DNA of 64,000 nucleotides, from NCBI GenBank assembly GCA_964548195.1, contig CAZJQC010000007.1:3219-67218 (forward strand), written 5' to 3'. Below the pieces are notes generated by a model that did no database searches, was not told the DNA's origin, and saw only the letters and a list, made by a program, of their open reading frames with translations. Source of the stretch: an uncultured bacterium (GTDB lineage: Bacteria > Macinerneyibacteriota > Macinerneyibacteria > Macinerneyibacteriales > DSCS01). Shown piece by piece: positions 1 through 8,903 of this stretch. Numbering within the stretch: the first letter of the stretch is position 1; each line of letters starts with the position of its first letter. The translations under genes were made by a program, and so were the position numbers.

Positions 1-1225
1 TTGCGGGATCGGCGAACCCTCCGGAAAAGGCGTAACTCGCCAGTATGCCGAATGCGACAGAGAGAACGGGTATCACCGTTGACATCATGCCCACACCTAT
101 GCCGCTTATGATCACGGTGGCAGGGCCGGTCTGCGCCTGATGCGCGATCCGTTTGGTCGGTGAATACGCATATGACGTAAAATATTCAGTTGATTTTCCT
201 ATTACTATACCGACACCCAGCCCTGTGATTATGGACCAAAATAGTCCGAAATTGCCGGGCATTATCATCTTAACAATAAAAAAAGAAGCGACCACGATCA
301 AAGCGGAACTGAGATAGACGCCTTTGTTAAGGGCCGCCAAAAGCTGGTTCTGATCGGCACCCTCCCGCGTCTTTACCGCGAATATTCCGATCACGGACAG
401 CAGTATTCCCACGGCAGCGATCACCAGGGGAAGGACGGCGCCGTTGAAGCCCAGTTTCGCCCCCACGCCCAGCGCGGCTGCTGCGAGTATGGAACCGCAA
501 TACGACTCGTACAGATCGGCGCCCATTCCGGCCACATCGCCCACGTTGTCTCCCACATTGTCCGCTATAGCCGCGGGGTTACGGGGATCGTCCTCGGGTA
601 TTCCGGCTTCTATCTTGCCGACAAGATCCGCACCCACGTCAGCTGCTTTGGTATAGATGCCTCCGCCCACTCTGGCAAACAACGCCTGAGAGGAGGCACC
701 TATGCCAAAACTCAGCATTATGGTAGTCACTTCGGTCAATTCCAGTCCAACGCCGTAATAAAGTACGCTGAACCATATTGAAATGTCAAGCAGTCCCAGC
801 CCGACCACAGTAAGCCCCATTACCGCACCGCTTCTAAAAGCGATCTTAAGGGCGCCGTTGAGGGATTCCCTTGCGGCGCTTGTCGTTCTGACAGAGGCCA
901 ATGTCGCGGTATTCATGCCTATGTAACCGGCCAGCCCGGAAAAGAAACCGCCGGTAATAAATGCAAAGGGGACCCAGGGTGACTGGACCTTAAGTACAAA
1001 AGCCAAAAAAGCGAAAAACACAAAAGCAAAAATAAAAAATATAGCCACAACCTTATATTGCTGTCTCAAATATGCCTGAGCGCCTTTTCTGACATGCCCC
1101 GCGATCTCCCGCATCCTGTCTGTGCCTGTATCGGCCTTTTTCATGTTTTTGAAAAAAAATGCGGCGAACGCCAAAGCTATGACCGCACTGACCGGCGCCA
1201 GTATAAAAAACATCCCGCTGACCAT
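1..1225 (-). CDS. hppA: Membrane-bound Na+/H+-translocating pyrophosphatase, N-terminal part (runs off the left edge; not in the ORF track)
   Basis: Manual translation from ATG 1225 (SD GGAGG) gives MVSGMFFILAPVSAVIALAFAAFFFKNMKKADTGTDRMREIAGHVRKGAQAYLRQQYK, a typical mPPase N-terminus. The frame stays open to base 2. The K+-dependence motif lies outside the window. Confidence 0.93.
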   Translation of the reverse strand, partial: MVSGMFFILAPVSAVIALAFAAFFFKNMKKADTGTDRMREIAGHVRKGAQAYLRQQYKVVAIFFIFAFVFFAFLAFVLKVQSPWVPFAFITGGFFSGLAGYIGMNTATLASVRTTSAARESLNGALKIAFRSGAVMGLTVVGLGLLDISIWFSVLYYGVGLELTEVTTIMLSFGIGASSQALFARVGGGIYTKAADVGADLVGKIEAGIPEDDPRNPAAIADNVGDNVGDVAGMGADLYESYCGSILAAAALGVGAKLGFNGAVLPLVIAAVGILLSVIGIFAVKTREGADQNQLLAALNKGVYLSSALIVVASFFIVKMIMPGNFGLFWSIITGLGVGIVIGKSTEYFTSYAYSPTKRIAHQAQTGPATVIISGIGVGMMSTVIPVLSVAFGILASYAFSGGFADPA

Positions 1226-1469
1226 AGAATTCAACCTCCCGATCGATATGTTGCCGCAGGCCGAACCCCTCAGTCGCACACTGCGGATGATTGCGCAGAC
1301 ACCGGAAACACAAAACTTATAGATTTCCGTTAAAAACGTGCCTGCAGAAAATATTATACAGACTCATCGGCTTTTTGCTTAAAATAATAAGCCCCGACCC
1401 CCGATTGGTATAATATAATTATAGGTTTTTGTCAATAAAATTATGCATTCGGAACAAAAAGAAGGTGAT

Positions 1470-3803
1470 TCATAATCTGACAACGGTGACTACGCCGCGG
1501 GCGGAATCAAGATCGAAGCCTTTGACCTGCCGCTGTTTTTCCAGGTATCCGTGCACAGCCTCACGCAGCGCGCCCGTGCCGATACCGTGCACCACACGCA
1601 CCTCGTCATAGCCTTTAAGGACGGCATAGGCGAGAAAACCCCGCAACCTTTCCAGTGCATCATCCACATCCAGTCCCACGACGACAAGTTCCGTGCCGAT
1701 AAACTTGTTCTGGGTCTCAAGGCTGTAAAAAGTATCGCGTTTTTCAGAAGGCTTCGCAGCGACTTTTCGTCCGATCATATCCTCAGCCGGGACCTTCAGA
1801 GAGATGCCGTTGCAGTCCACCTCATATACCCCTTTTCTTTCATCGAAGGAGACGATCACACCTGTGACGCCGAACTTCTCCAGCGAGACACGGTCGCCCC
1901 TGGACGGGTCTTTTATTTTTTCCATGCGCCTCTCGATTTCAACCCGCTCTTTGGAGACCTTTTTCAGCGTATTTTCAAGCCTTTTCTTCTTTTCCACGAT
2001 CTGCGCCTCGTCTATGCGGTCTTCCCTGGCTTCCCTCAGGACGCGGTTCAGTTCGTCCCTTATGTCATGGAACTCCTTTTCAAAATCCATAAGGGATTCC
2101 ATTTTTTTCCTATCCCTTTTCTTGGTTATCTTTTTTATCTCCGCTTCATAAAACTTCATCTTGGATTGAAGGGAGCGGTTTTCATCCTGAAGTCTTAACT
2201 TAAGTTTTTCAGTAGAGGTGAGTTCCCTTTCCAGCCTTGTTATAGTCTCCTCAAGCTTGACGTTATCAGTATTCATAAGGGATTTGGCCCGTTCTATTAT
2301 GGAGGCAGGCATGCCCAGCCTGCTGGCGACCAGCAATCCGTTGCTGGAACCCGGTATGCCGACCTTGATCCTGTAAAGCGGCTCTATTTTTTCATAATCG
2401 AACAGGCATGAAGCGTTTTCAAGCCTGTCATCGTCCATGGACTGTCTCTTCAACGCATTGTAATGGGTGGTGACTGCGACCACCGCCCCCTTGGAGAGAA
2501 AGTGTTCTATAAGGGACATGGCAAGGGACGCGCCCTCCTCCGGGTCAGTGCCCACGCCGACCTCATCAAGCAGTATCAGCGTCCTGCGGTTTACCTGTGA
2601 TGTGAAATCCCTCAGATTGACGATGTGGCCTGAAAACGTCGAGAGGTTCATCTCAATGCTCTGGAAATCGCCTATGTCGACAAAGATGTTCTCAAACACC
2701 GATATCTCTGACCATTCCTCGGCGGGTATGGCCATTCCGTACATCGCCATGAGTGTAAAAAGGCCTATTGTCTTGAGTGTGACGCTTTTTCCGCCCGCAT
2801 TCGGGCCTGTTATGATCAGCCCCTTTTTGCCGTCCTTTATCCACACATCCACCGGCACGACTTTATCCGGGTCAAGCAGCGGGTGGCGCCCATTGTATAT
2901 GGCTATGTTGCCGAGATCGTTTATCCGGGGCTTTGACGCGTTTATTTCGCATGAATATTTGACTTTTGCCATCAGAAAGTCGAGGTTATACAGTGTCTCC
3001 GCGGTCTCCATGACATCGTCTATCACATTTCTGACCTTTCGCCCGATATCGAGCAATATGCGTTTGCGCTCCTCCTCTATGGAGAATTTCACGGTTGTCA
3101 GCTGATTGTTCAGGTCCACTACCGACATGGGCTCCACGAATATGGTGTTGCCGCTGCCGGAACCGCCCTGGACTATACCCTTTATCTTTCTGGCATATGC
3201 CGATTTTACGGGTATGACGAACCTGCCGTTCCTTGTGGTGTAAAACTCCTCCTGAAGCATACCCTCGGCGGCATACTTTCTGACCGAAGAGGAAAGTTCC
3301 CTGTCCATGGCATTTGTCATCGAAGCTTCACGGTCGAGCAACTCCTTAAGTTTTTTCGAGGCATTGTCGCGTATGTTCCCCTCATCGTCTATCTTGGAAT
3401 CTATATAATCGGCGGTTTCCGTGCAGGGATGCAGTGTCAGCGCCAATTCCCTGACGTTACTCATCTCTTCGGGACGGGATGAAAGAAATTTTTTCAAACG
3501 GCCCGACTCCCGCAGTATATGCTGTATATGTTTATAATCGGACGGCATGTGATAAAAACCGCCCTTGGATATCTCATCAAGGACATCGGTCAGATCATAC
3601 AGGCCGTCTATACGCAGGTCGTCATGTTCGAGATAAACCGCAGTCAGGCCGCTCAGCAGGGACAGCCGCTCCTCCACCGTGGCCAGGTCTGTGGCAAAAT
3701 CGGTCTCACGCGCTATGTTACGGGCCCGCCCTGTCAATGCGTGCGCCTCGATGGCCGTCAATACATGTTCAAATTGAAGTTTTTCAGAATTAATGATATT
3801 CAT
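1470..3803 (-). CDS. mutS2: MutS2 family ATPase/endonuclease with C-terminal Smr domain
   Basis: RNGRFVIPVK, GRHPLL, Walker A TGPNAGGKS, STFSGHI, LILLDEVGVGTDPEEG, coiled coil, Smr motif VVHGIGTGALR. Confidence 0.95.
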   Translation of the reverse strand: MNIINSEKLQFEHVLTAIEAHALTGRARNIARETDFATDLATVEERLSLLSGLTAVYLEHDDLRIDGLYDLTDVLDEISKGGFYHMPSDYKHIQHILRESGRLKKFLSSRPEEMSNVRELALTLHPCTETADYIDSKIDDEGNIRDNASKKLKELLDREASMTNAMDRELSSSVRKYAAEGMLQEEFYTTRNGRFVIPVKSAYARKIKGIVQGGSGSGNTIFVEPMSVVDLNNQLTTVKFSIEEERKRILLDIGRKVRNVIDDVMETAETLYNLDFLMAKVKYSCEINASKPRINDLGNIAIYNGRHPLLDPDKVVPVDVWIKDGKKGLIITGPNAGGKSVTLKTIGLFTLMAMYGMAIPAEEWSEISVFENIFVDIGDFQSIEMNLSTFSGHIVNLRDFTSQVNRRTLILLDEVGVGTDPEEGASLAMSLIEHFLSKGAVVAVTTHYNALKRQSMDDDRLENASCLFDYEKIEPLYRIKVGIPGSSNGLLVASRLGMPASIIERAKSLMNTDNVKLEETITRLERELTSTEKLKLRLQDENRSLQSKMKFYEAEIKKITKKRDRKKMESLMDFEKEFHDIRDELNRVLREAREDRIDEAQIVEKKKRLENTLKKVSKERVEIERRMEKIKDPSRGDRVSLEKFGVTGVIVSFDERKGVYEVDCNGISLKVPAEDMIGRKVAAKPSEKRDTFYSLETQNKFIGTELVVVGLDVDDALERLRGFLAYAVLKGYDEVRVVHGIGTGALREAVHGYLEKQRQVKGFDLDSARGVVTVVRL

Positions 3804-3816
3804 AACCGCCCGGCAA

Positions 3817-4725
3817 TTATCTCTTTCTATTGTCCAGCATCCTGCTCAGAGACAAAGAGGCCCTTTGTATTATATCCTCATCAAGGGATATCTCATAGCG
3901 AAGGTGCGTCAGTGAATCAAGAATTTTTTCCGTCGTGATCTTTTTCATGTTGCTGCATGTGAACCTCCGGCCCATCTCAAAGAACTTTTTACCGGGATAA
4001 AGTGTCTGCAAACGGTATATCATGCCCTCTTCGGTACCGACAAGAAACTCATCCGCATCTGACCGGGCGGCAAAATGTATCATCTGACCTGTGGACAATA
4101 CATGGTCAGCCATATCAGCCACTTCCGCCGGAGCTTCCGGGTGGACCATGGAAACGGCCTCCGGATGCGCCTGTCGTCCCCGCAGCAGGTCCCCTTCCGT
4201 TATGCGGTTATGCACATAACAGAATCCGGGCCAGACCATGACGTCTTTTTTCGACTGCCTGCCCACCCACGTGCCCAGATTTTTATCCGGGAGGAAATAT
4301 ATCTTTTCGGATCTTACGGAATTCACGATCTCCAGAGCGTTTGAAGACGTGCAGCATATGTCGACTTCAGCCTTGACTTCGGCGCTGGAATTCACATAGG
4401 CCACAAATACCCGGTCCGGAAATTCCCTGCGAAGCCTTCTCACATCCTCGGCGGTGATCATATCCGCCATGGGACACCCTGCGTCCGGTTCCGGGATAAA
4501 GATCCTTTTGTCCGGAGAGATGATCTTGGCGCTTTCAGCCATAAACCTTACGCCGCAGAAAAGCACATTCTCTTTTTCCAGCCTCGCGGCCTTATTGGCA
4601 AGCTCCAGAGAATCACCCAGAAAATCGGCCACGTCCTGCACTTCCGGAAGCTGGTAATTGTGGGCGATTATCAGAAAATCCTTTTGTCTTTTAAGTTCCG
4701 TGATCTGTTCCCTGATACCGTTCAA
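3817..4725 (-). CDS. nadA: Quinolinate synthase A
   Basis: AHNYQ, FCGVRFMAE, and three Fe-S cysteines (GCPMA, GFCYVH, CSNMK); TTG start. Confidence 0.95.
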   Translation of the reverse strand: MNGIREQITELKRQKDFLIIAHNYQLPEVQDVADFLGDSLELANKAARLEKENVLFCGVRFMAESAKIISPDKRIFIPEPDAGCPMADMITAEDVRRLRREFPDRVFVAYVNSSAEVKAEVDICCTSSNALEIVNSVRSEKIYFLPDKNLGTWVGRQSKKDVMVWPGFCYVHNRITEGDLLRGRQAHPEAVSMVHPEAPAEVADMADHVLSTGQMIHFAARSDADEFLVGTEEGMIYRLQTLYPGKKFFEMGRRFTCSNMKKITTEKILDSLTHLRYEISLDEDIIQRASLSLSRMLDNRKR

Positions 4726-4726
4726 T

Positions 4727-5134
4727 TCACCCCTCCATAAGCTGTTTTAAAGTATAGGACTTCAAATATTCAATAATATGCATGTTCATACCCGTCCATA
4801 GTTTTTTGGCCGGGCACATCGTCATTTTGGAGGGGCACTCAAACTCCTCTGCAACGCAATCCACGACGGTTATAACACCTTCAAAGACGATATAAAGATC
4901 ATACATATTGATCTCGGCGGGGTCTTTTTTCAGGAAAACGCCGCCGTTTTTACCCCTGGCGCTCCCGATGATACCCTCTTTGCTGAGCAGCATCACCAGC
5001 TGTCTCAGGTAGTTGTTGGATAACGCCTGCCGCTCCGCGATCTCTCTTGTGCTGACCAGTCCGTTTCCGCCGTATTGGGCCAGGTCGATAAGGAAACGGA
5101 GCCCGTAACGCATTTTAGTGGATACTTTAAACAT
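4727..5134 (-). CDS. Rrf2 family (IscR-like) transcriptional regulator
   Basis: MFKVSTKMRYGLRFL, YLRQL, SARGKNGG winged HTH; C-terminal C-x6-C-x6-C. ATG 5134 preferred over the track start. Confidence 0.9.
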   Translation of the reverse strand: MFKVSTKMRYGLRFLIDLAQYGGNGLVSTREIAERQALSNNYLRQLVMLLSKEGIIGSARGKNGGVFLKKDPAEINMYDLYIVFEGVITVVDCVAEEFECPSKMTMCPAKKLWTGMNMHIIEYLKSYTLKQLMEG

Positions 5135-5164
5135 AGGACACACCCCTGTCTGATTATTTCTATC

Positions 5165-5192
5165 ACTATAGATTAACAGATTATTTTGTCAA
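5165..5192 (-). promoter_or_regulatory. Predicted sigma70 promoter for rrf2-nadA-mutS2
   Basis: TTGACA-N16-TATAGT. Confidence 0.65.
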
Positions 5193-5213
5193 ATGTTATT
5201 TTGCCATTGACAA

Positions 5214-6101
5214 TTAGAAATGTATATCATATCTCTTTAGATATTTTCTCATATTGTCGATGCCGCTGATATGTCTGTCATTCATGGGAAACAGCAATAT
5301 CCGGTCTATTGAGAACTCATGGCTGAGCTCCCTGGAATAATCTTCCTGTCCCGTCTTGTTTACGACCATCCTTTCGATATGGATGTTTATGTTTTCGAGC
5401 CTTTTTTTAAGCCTTTTCGCTTCGGCAAAAGACAACCGGTCGTAGTTCATCACAAGATTCACAAAGGTATCGTCTCCCGTGAAATGGCTGTTAAGAACGG
5501 AATTCCTTATGATGAGCCGATCCAGCTGAGACATGACCTTGTCGGTGTCAAATTCGCGTTTGCCGAACTGTATTTTTGACATTATCTCTTTTTTTTCTTT
5601 GATCTTTGTCCTTATCTTTTTCAATTCATTCAGCCACAACAGAGAGACAAAGGGGAGTGTGAAAAACTTCAGCGTAAGCGCCGTGGGCGGCATGTCGAGT
5701 ATGACGTGACGCACGGCGCCGTCATATTTGTTTATAATATCCTCATATGCCAGTATCAGGGCATATTCCTCGATCCCCGGTGAGTATCGCAGTATATTGA
5801 GATGGTCCTGCAGATTAAAGGCGCTTTGATAGGTATATGTGTCCTGAATGTGATCCTGCGTCTTTTTTAAGTATTTTTTGATCCAATAATCTTCGTCGAC
5901 TTCGATTACAGCGAGATTTTCACTGATGTTCACCGGTTTGCGGGAAAAATCGGTTTCAAATAGATCCCGCTGATTATGCGCCGGATCCATGGATACAAGC
6001 AAGGTCTTTTCGCCGGAATCGGAGATGTTGACTGCTGTCAGGGCCGATGTGGTGGATTTGCCGACGCCGCCCTTGCCTACAAAAAAATGATATTTTGCCA
6101 T
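5214..6101 (-). CDS. ArsA/Get3(TRC40)-family single-domain ATPase
   Basis: GKGGVGKSTT deviant Walker A, SMDPAHN switch I, LDMPPT switch II, VVNK; 295 aa with no cysteines. Confidence 0.9.
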   Translation of the reverse strand: MAKYHFFVGKGGVGKSTTSALTAVNISDSGEKTLLVSMDPAHNQRDLFETDFSRKPVNISENLAVIEVDEDYWIKKYLKKTQDHIQDTYTYQSAFNLQDHLNILRYSPGIEEYALILAYEDIINKYDGAVRHVILDMPPTALTLKFFTLPFVSLLWLNELKKIRTKIKEKKEIMSKIQFGKREFDTDKVMSQLDRLIIRNSVLNSHFTGDDTFVNLVMNYDRLSFAEAKRLKKRLENINIHIERMVVNKTGQEDYSRELSHEFSIDRILLFPMNDRHISGIDNMRKYLKRYDIHF

Positions 6102-6109
6102 ATTTCCCC

Positions 6110-6391
6110 TTACTCTATGTCAAGGACTGAAAAGAGCTCTCCCATCGGGTCGTGAGCCGTTCCGACTTTTTCAAGCATGATCTCCAGCTCGTCCTCCATG
6201 TACGGCATCAGTTCAAGTGTGAGCTGAAGAGGCGGAGAAGGCAATCCTATAAAAGAGCCCAGCACAAGCAATGCGAAGATGTTCTCCATCTCGCGGGTCT
6301 CATATTCGATCACATCCACGGCCTTTTGTTTATACACCGCGTCAATGTCTCTGAAAAACTCCCGTATGCCCTCAATGAACCGCTTTTTCAT
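6110..6391 (-). CDS. Small CstA-associated protein (cory-CC-star-like family, lacking the terminal CC)
   Basis: REMENIFALLVLGSFIGLPSPP motif; lies between cstA and the ArsA-like gene; start MKKRFIEG at 6391. Family name recalled, not searched. Confidence 0.7.
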   Translation of the reverse strand: MKKRFIEGIREFFRDIDAVYKQKAVDVIEYETREMENIFALLVLGSFIGLPSPPLQLTLELMPYMEDELEIMLEKVGTAHDPMGELFSVLDIE

Positions 6392-6830
6392 CGCCCTGCC
6401 CCTTGAACCTGAAGACACGTTTTTCGGAGTCCATGCGCAGCTTGGAGGGATAGTAATAATATGCGGCGTAAAAACCCATTATGACGATGGCAGTCATCGG
6501 TATGCGGTCCATTGATATCAGGTATGACAAAGGTATCAGATATACCGATACAAAAGCTATTTTAAGATACCGTTTTTGAAAACTCATGAAGATGTGCTCA
6601 TCGGTATATCCGTTCTTTGCGATCATCCTTTTCAATGTGAATATCTTGAACCACATGGGCAGTATGAGAGAAGACAATGCCGATACGATAAGCATGGCGG
6701 CGGTCAATGCCCGGTATCCCGACAGCAAAGAGAAGCGCGCGTCGTCCATTTTTAATACATATGCCGCTAAAAGCAATACCAGCACGGGGGCCAGACAGCG
6801 CAGATAACTTTTCTGAAGTTCGTTTTTCAT
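6372..6830 (-). CDS. Hypothetical membrane protein (about 4 TM helices)
   Basis: 152 aa with four hydrophobic segments; overlaps the downstream gene by 20 nt. Confidence 0.7.
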   Translation of the reverse strand: MKNELQKSYLRCLAPVLVLLLAAYVLKMDDARFSLLSGYRALTAAMLIVSALSSLILPMWFKIFTLKRMIAKNGYTDEHIFMSFQKRYLKIAFVSVYLIPLSYLISMDRIPMTAIVIMGFYAAYYYYPSKLRMDSEKRVFRFKGQGDEKAVH

Positions 6831-6854
6831 GCTGTTCCTTTCAAACGGATAAGG

Positions 6855-6880
6855 GCGGAGGCGCTTGACAGCGCCCCCGC
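6855..6880 (-). terminator. GC-rich hairpin just after cstA (weak U-tract; partial terminator or stability element)
   Basis: GCGGAGGCGC-ttgaca-GCGCCCCCGC on the + strand. Confidence 0.5.
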
Positions 6881-6888
6881 AAGTATTG

Positions 6889-8601
6889 TCACTCTTCGGT
6901 CTTGATCCTGAAGAAGGCTATTATTCCCTCTATGACGATTGCCACCACGATGATGATGACTATAGCATTGACGATGTAAAGCAATGCGTTCCCGCTTTTC
7001 ATGAACGAGGACTGATTCATCACGGTCGCCCAGATGGTCATAAACGACATGAACACGGCGGGCAGACCGGCGACAAGCCAGCCTCTTTTACCCCTTTTTC
7101 TTAAATAAAGGGTGATGACAATAAGCGCCAGCGCCGCAAGTGTCTGATTCACAGCCCCGAACAAGGGCCAGAGCTTCAAAGCGCCCTTTCCGTCCGCGCC
7201 CGTAGCAAATGTCAGCAAGGCTGCTGTAAGCACAACCACAAAGGTAGAGAAATACCTGTTTCTGAATATCTTTACCTTGAGGTCCAGGAAGAGTTCACTC
7301 ACCACGTAGCGTTGTATTCTGGTTGCGGTATCCAGCGTGGTGCCCGCGAAGGAGGCCACAAAAACACCCATGATGGCCAGAGCCCATTTGGCGGGTATGC
7401 CCACAGCCGCTATCATATTGGCGGAACCGCGTACAAACGCGTCAAGCTTTGAACCAAGGCCTGCCGCCGCGGCCCATGAGGAATAATGTGTAGTCCATGC
7501 ATTGATCCCTGTCAGGGTGATGCCGTCCTTGACATATCCCATTCCTATGCCGGCTGCCACAGCTATGACGACCAGTGTGGCCAAAGCGCCTTCCATCAGC
7601 ATGGAACCGTAGCCCACAAAAAGGGCGTCGGACTCATCGCTGACCTGTTTGGAAGTAGTGCCTGACGAGACAAGCGAATGGAAACCTGAGATGGCTCCGC
7701 ATGCTATTGTGATGAAAAGGAAAGGCCACATGGGCGGCGCTGCCGCCGGATGCATCTGCACCGCGGGGGCCACCAGATCAAGCCTTCCCGAAAACGCCGA
7801 CACGAATACCCCGATCACCAGGAGGGACATGGCCACAAGAAGCTCATGCGAGTTGATATAATCCCTTGGCTGCAACAGAGTGGTCACCGGCAGTATGGAG
7901 GCGATAAAAGCGTAGACAAGCAATATTATGGCCCATACTCCTATGGGCGGTATGCCCATTACCGTCCCCATGTTAATGGGGAAAAACACGCCTATGATGA
8001 CGGTGACATACATCGCTATGATGGCTACAATAGACCATATGGTGATGTTTGCGCCCTTTTTATAGACCATGTACCCCAGAAGCATCGCAATGGGGATCTC
8101 CATCCACACGGGAAACACGGACGCCGGATACAGCTGGAATATTATCGCTATTACCATGGCAAACACCGCTATGACTATCCACAGCTCGAGAAATACCACG
8201 AGGAAGAAGAGAAACCTTGTCCTCGGGCTTATGTATTTGCCGGTATATTCCGATATGGATTTGCCCTGATTTCTCATGGAGATAACCAGGGACCCGAAAT
8301 CATGCACAGCCCCCATTATTATACTTCCGACGAAGATCCAGATCAACGCCGGGACCCATCCCCATATGATGGCGATGGCCGGGCCCACGATAGGGCCGGT
8401 ACCGGCTATGGAAGTATAGTGGTGGCCGAATATGATCTCCTTCTTGGTCGGCACAAAATCGACACCGTCTTCAAACTCTTTCGCAGGCACCTTTGTGCCC
8501 TCCTTCAGCTTGAAGATCCTGCTGCCGATAAATCTGCCGTAGAACTTGTACATCAGTATGTAACCGATGAAAGACACGACCATGATCAGCAATGCGCTCA
8601 T
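6889..8601 (-). CDS. cstA: Carbon starvation protein A family transporter
   Basis: DGVDFVPT, FGHHYTSIAGTGPIVGP, GAVHDF, QPRDYINS, IACGAISGFHSL; start MSALL at 8601 with SD AAAGGAG. Confidence 0.95.
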   Translation of the reverse strand: MSALLIMVVSFIGYILMYKFYGRFIGSRIFKLKEGTKVPAKEFEDGVDFVPTKKEIIFGHHYTSIAGTGPIVGPAIAIIWGWVPALIWIFVGSIIMGAVHDFGSLVISMRNQGKSISEYTGKYISPRTRFLFFLVVFLELWIVIAVFAMVIAIIFQLYPASVFPVWMEIPIAMLLGYMVYKKGANITIWSIVAIIAMYVTVIIGVFFPINMGTVMGIPPIGVWAIILLVYAFIASILPVTTLLQPRDYINSHELLVAMSLLVIGVFVSAFSGRLDLVAPAVQMHPAAAPPMWPFLFITIACGAISGFHSLVSSGTTSKQVSDESDALFVGYGSMLMEGALATLVVIAVAAGIGMGYVKDGITLTGINAWTTHYSSWAAAAGLGSKLDAFVRGSANMIAAVGIPAKWALAIMGVFVASFAGTTLDTATRIQRYVVSELFLDLKVKIFRNRYFSTFVVVLTAALLTFATGADGKGALKLWPLFGAVNQTLAALALIVITLYLRKRGKRGWLVAGLPAVFMSFMTIWATVMNQSSFMKSGNALLYIVNAIVIIIVVAIVIEGIIAFFRIKTEE

Positions 8602-8641
8602 ACACTCTCCTTTCATAAACACATGACACAACATCCCTTTA

Positions 8642-8669
8642 ATTATATATTTCACGATTACCCTGTCAA
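8642..8669 (-). promoter_or_regulatory. Predicted sigma70 promoter of cstA
   Basis: Perfect TTGACA-N16-TATAAT; it overlaps the longer track start, which supports 8601 as the start. Confidence 0.8.
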
Positions 8670-8872
8670 CATAAAATTTTATAAAATTAGGTTGAATTTG
8701 ATTTTTCCTTACAAAACTAACAATAAGACTTTTTTATTGACTTCTTATTAAACGTTATTAACACAAACGATTGTATATATGAAAGCGAAAACTCTTGTTT
8801 TTCAAGGAGTACGGGGATTTGCATAAAAAACCGTGACGTGGATTGCGGCGGCGCTATCGCATAAGGCGAGAA

Positions 8873-8897
8873 AAGAGGGGGCGCCGCGCCCCCTCTT
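8873..8897 (-). terminator. Rho-independent terminator after the OmpP1/FadL gene
   Basis: 11-bp perfect stem AAGAGGGGGCG/CGCCCCCTCTT followed by a U-run on the minus strand. Confidence 0.75.
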
Positions 8898-8903
8898 GGG
8901 AGT

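Noticed and set aside
5214-6101. ArsA-like gene as arsenic resistance
   Set aside because: Single domain, no cysteines, no ars genes nearby, and linked to cstA.
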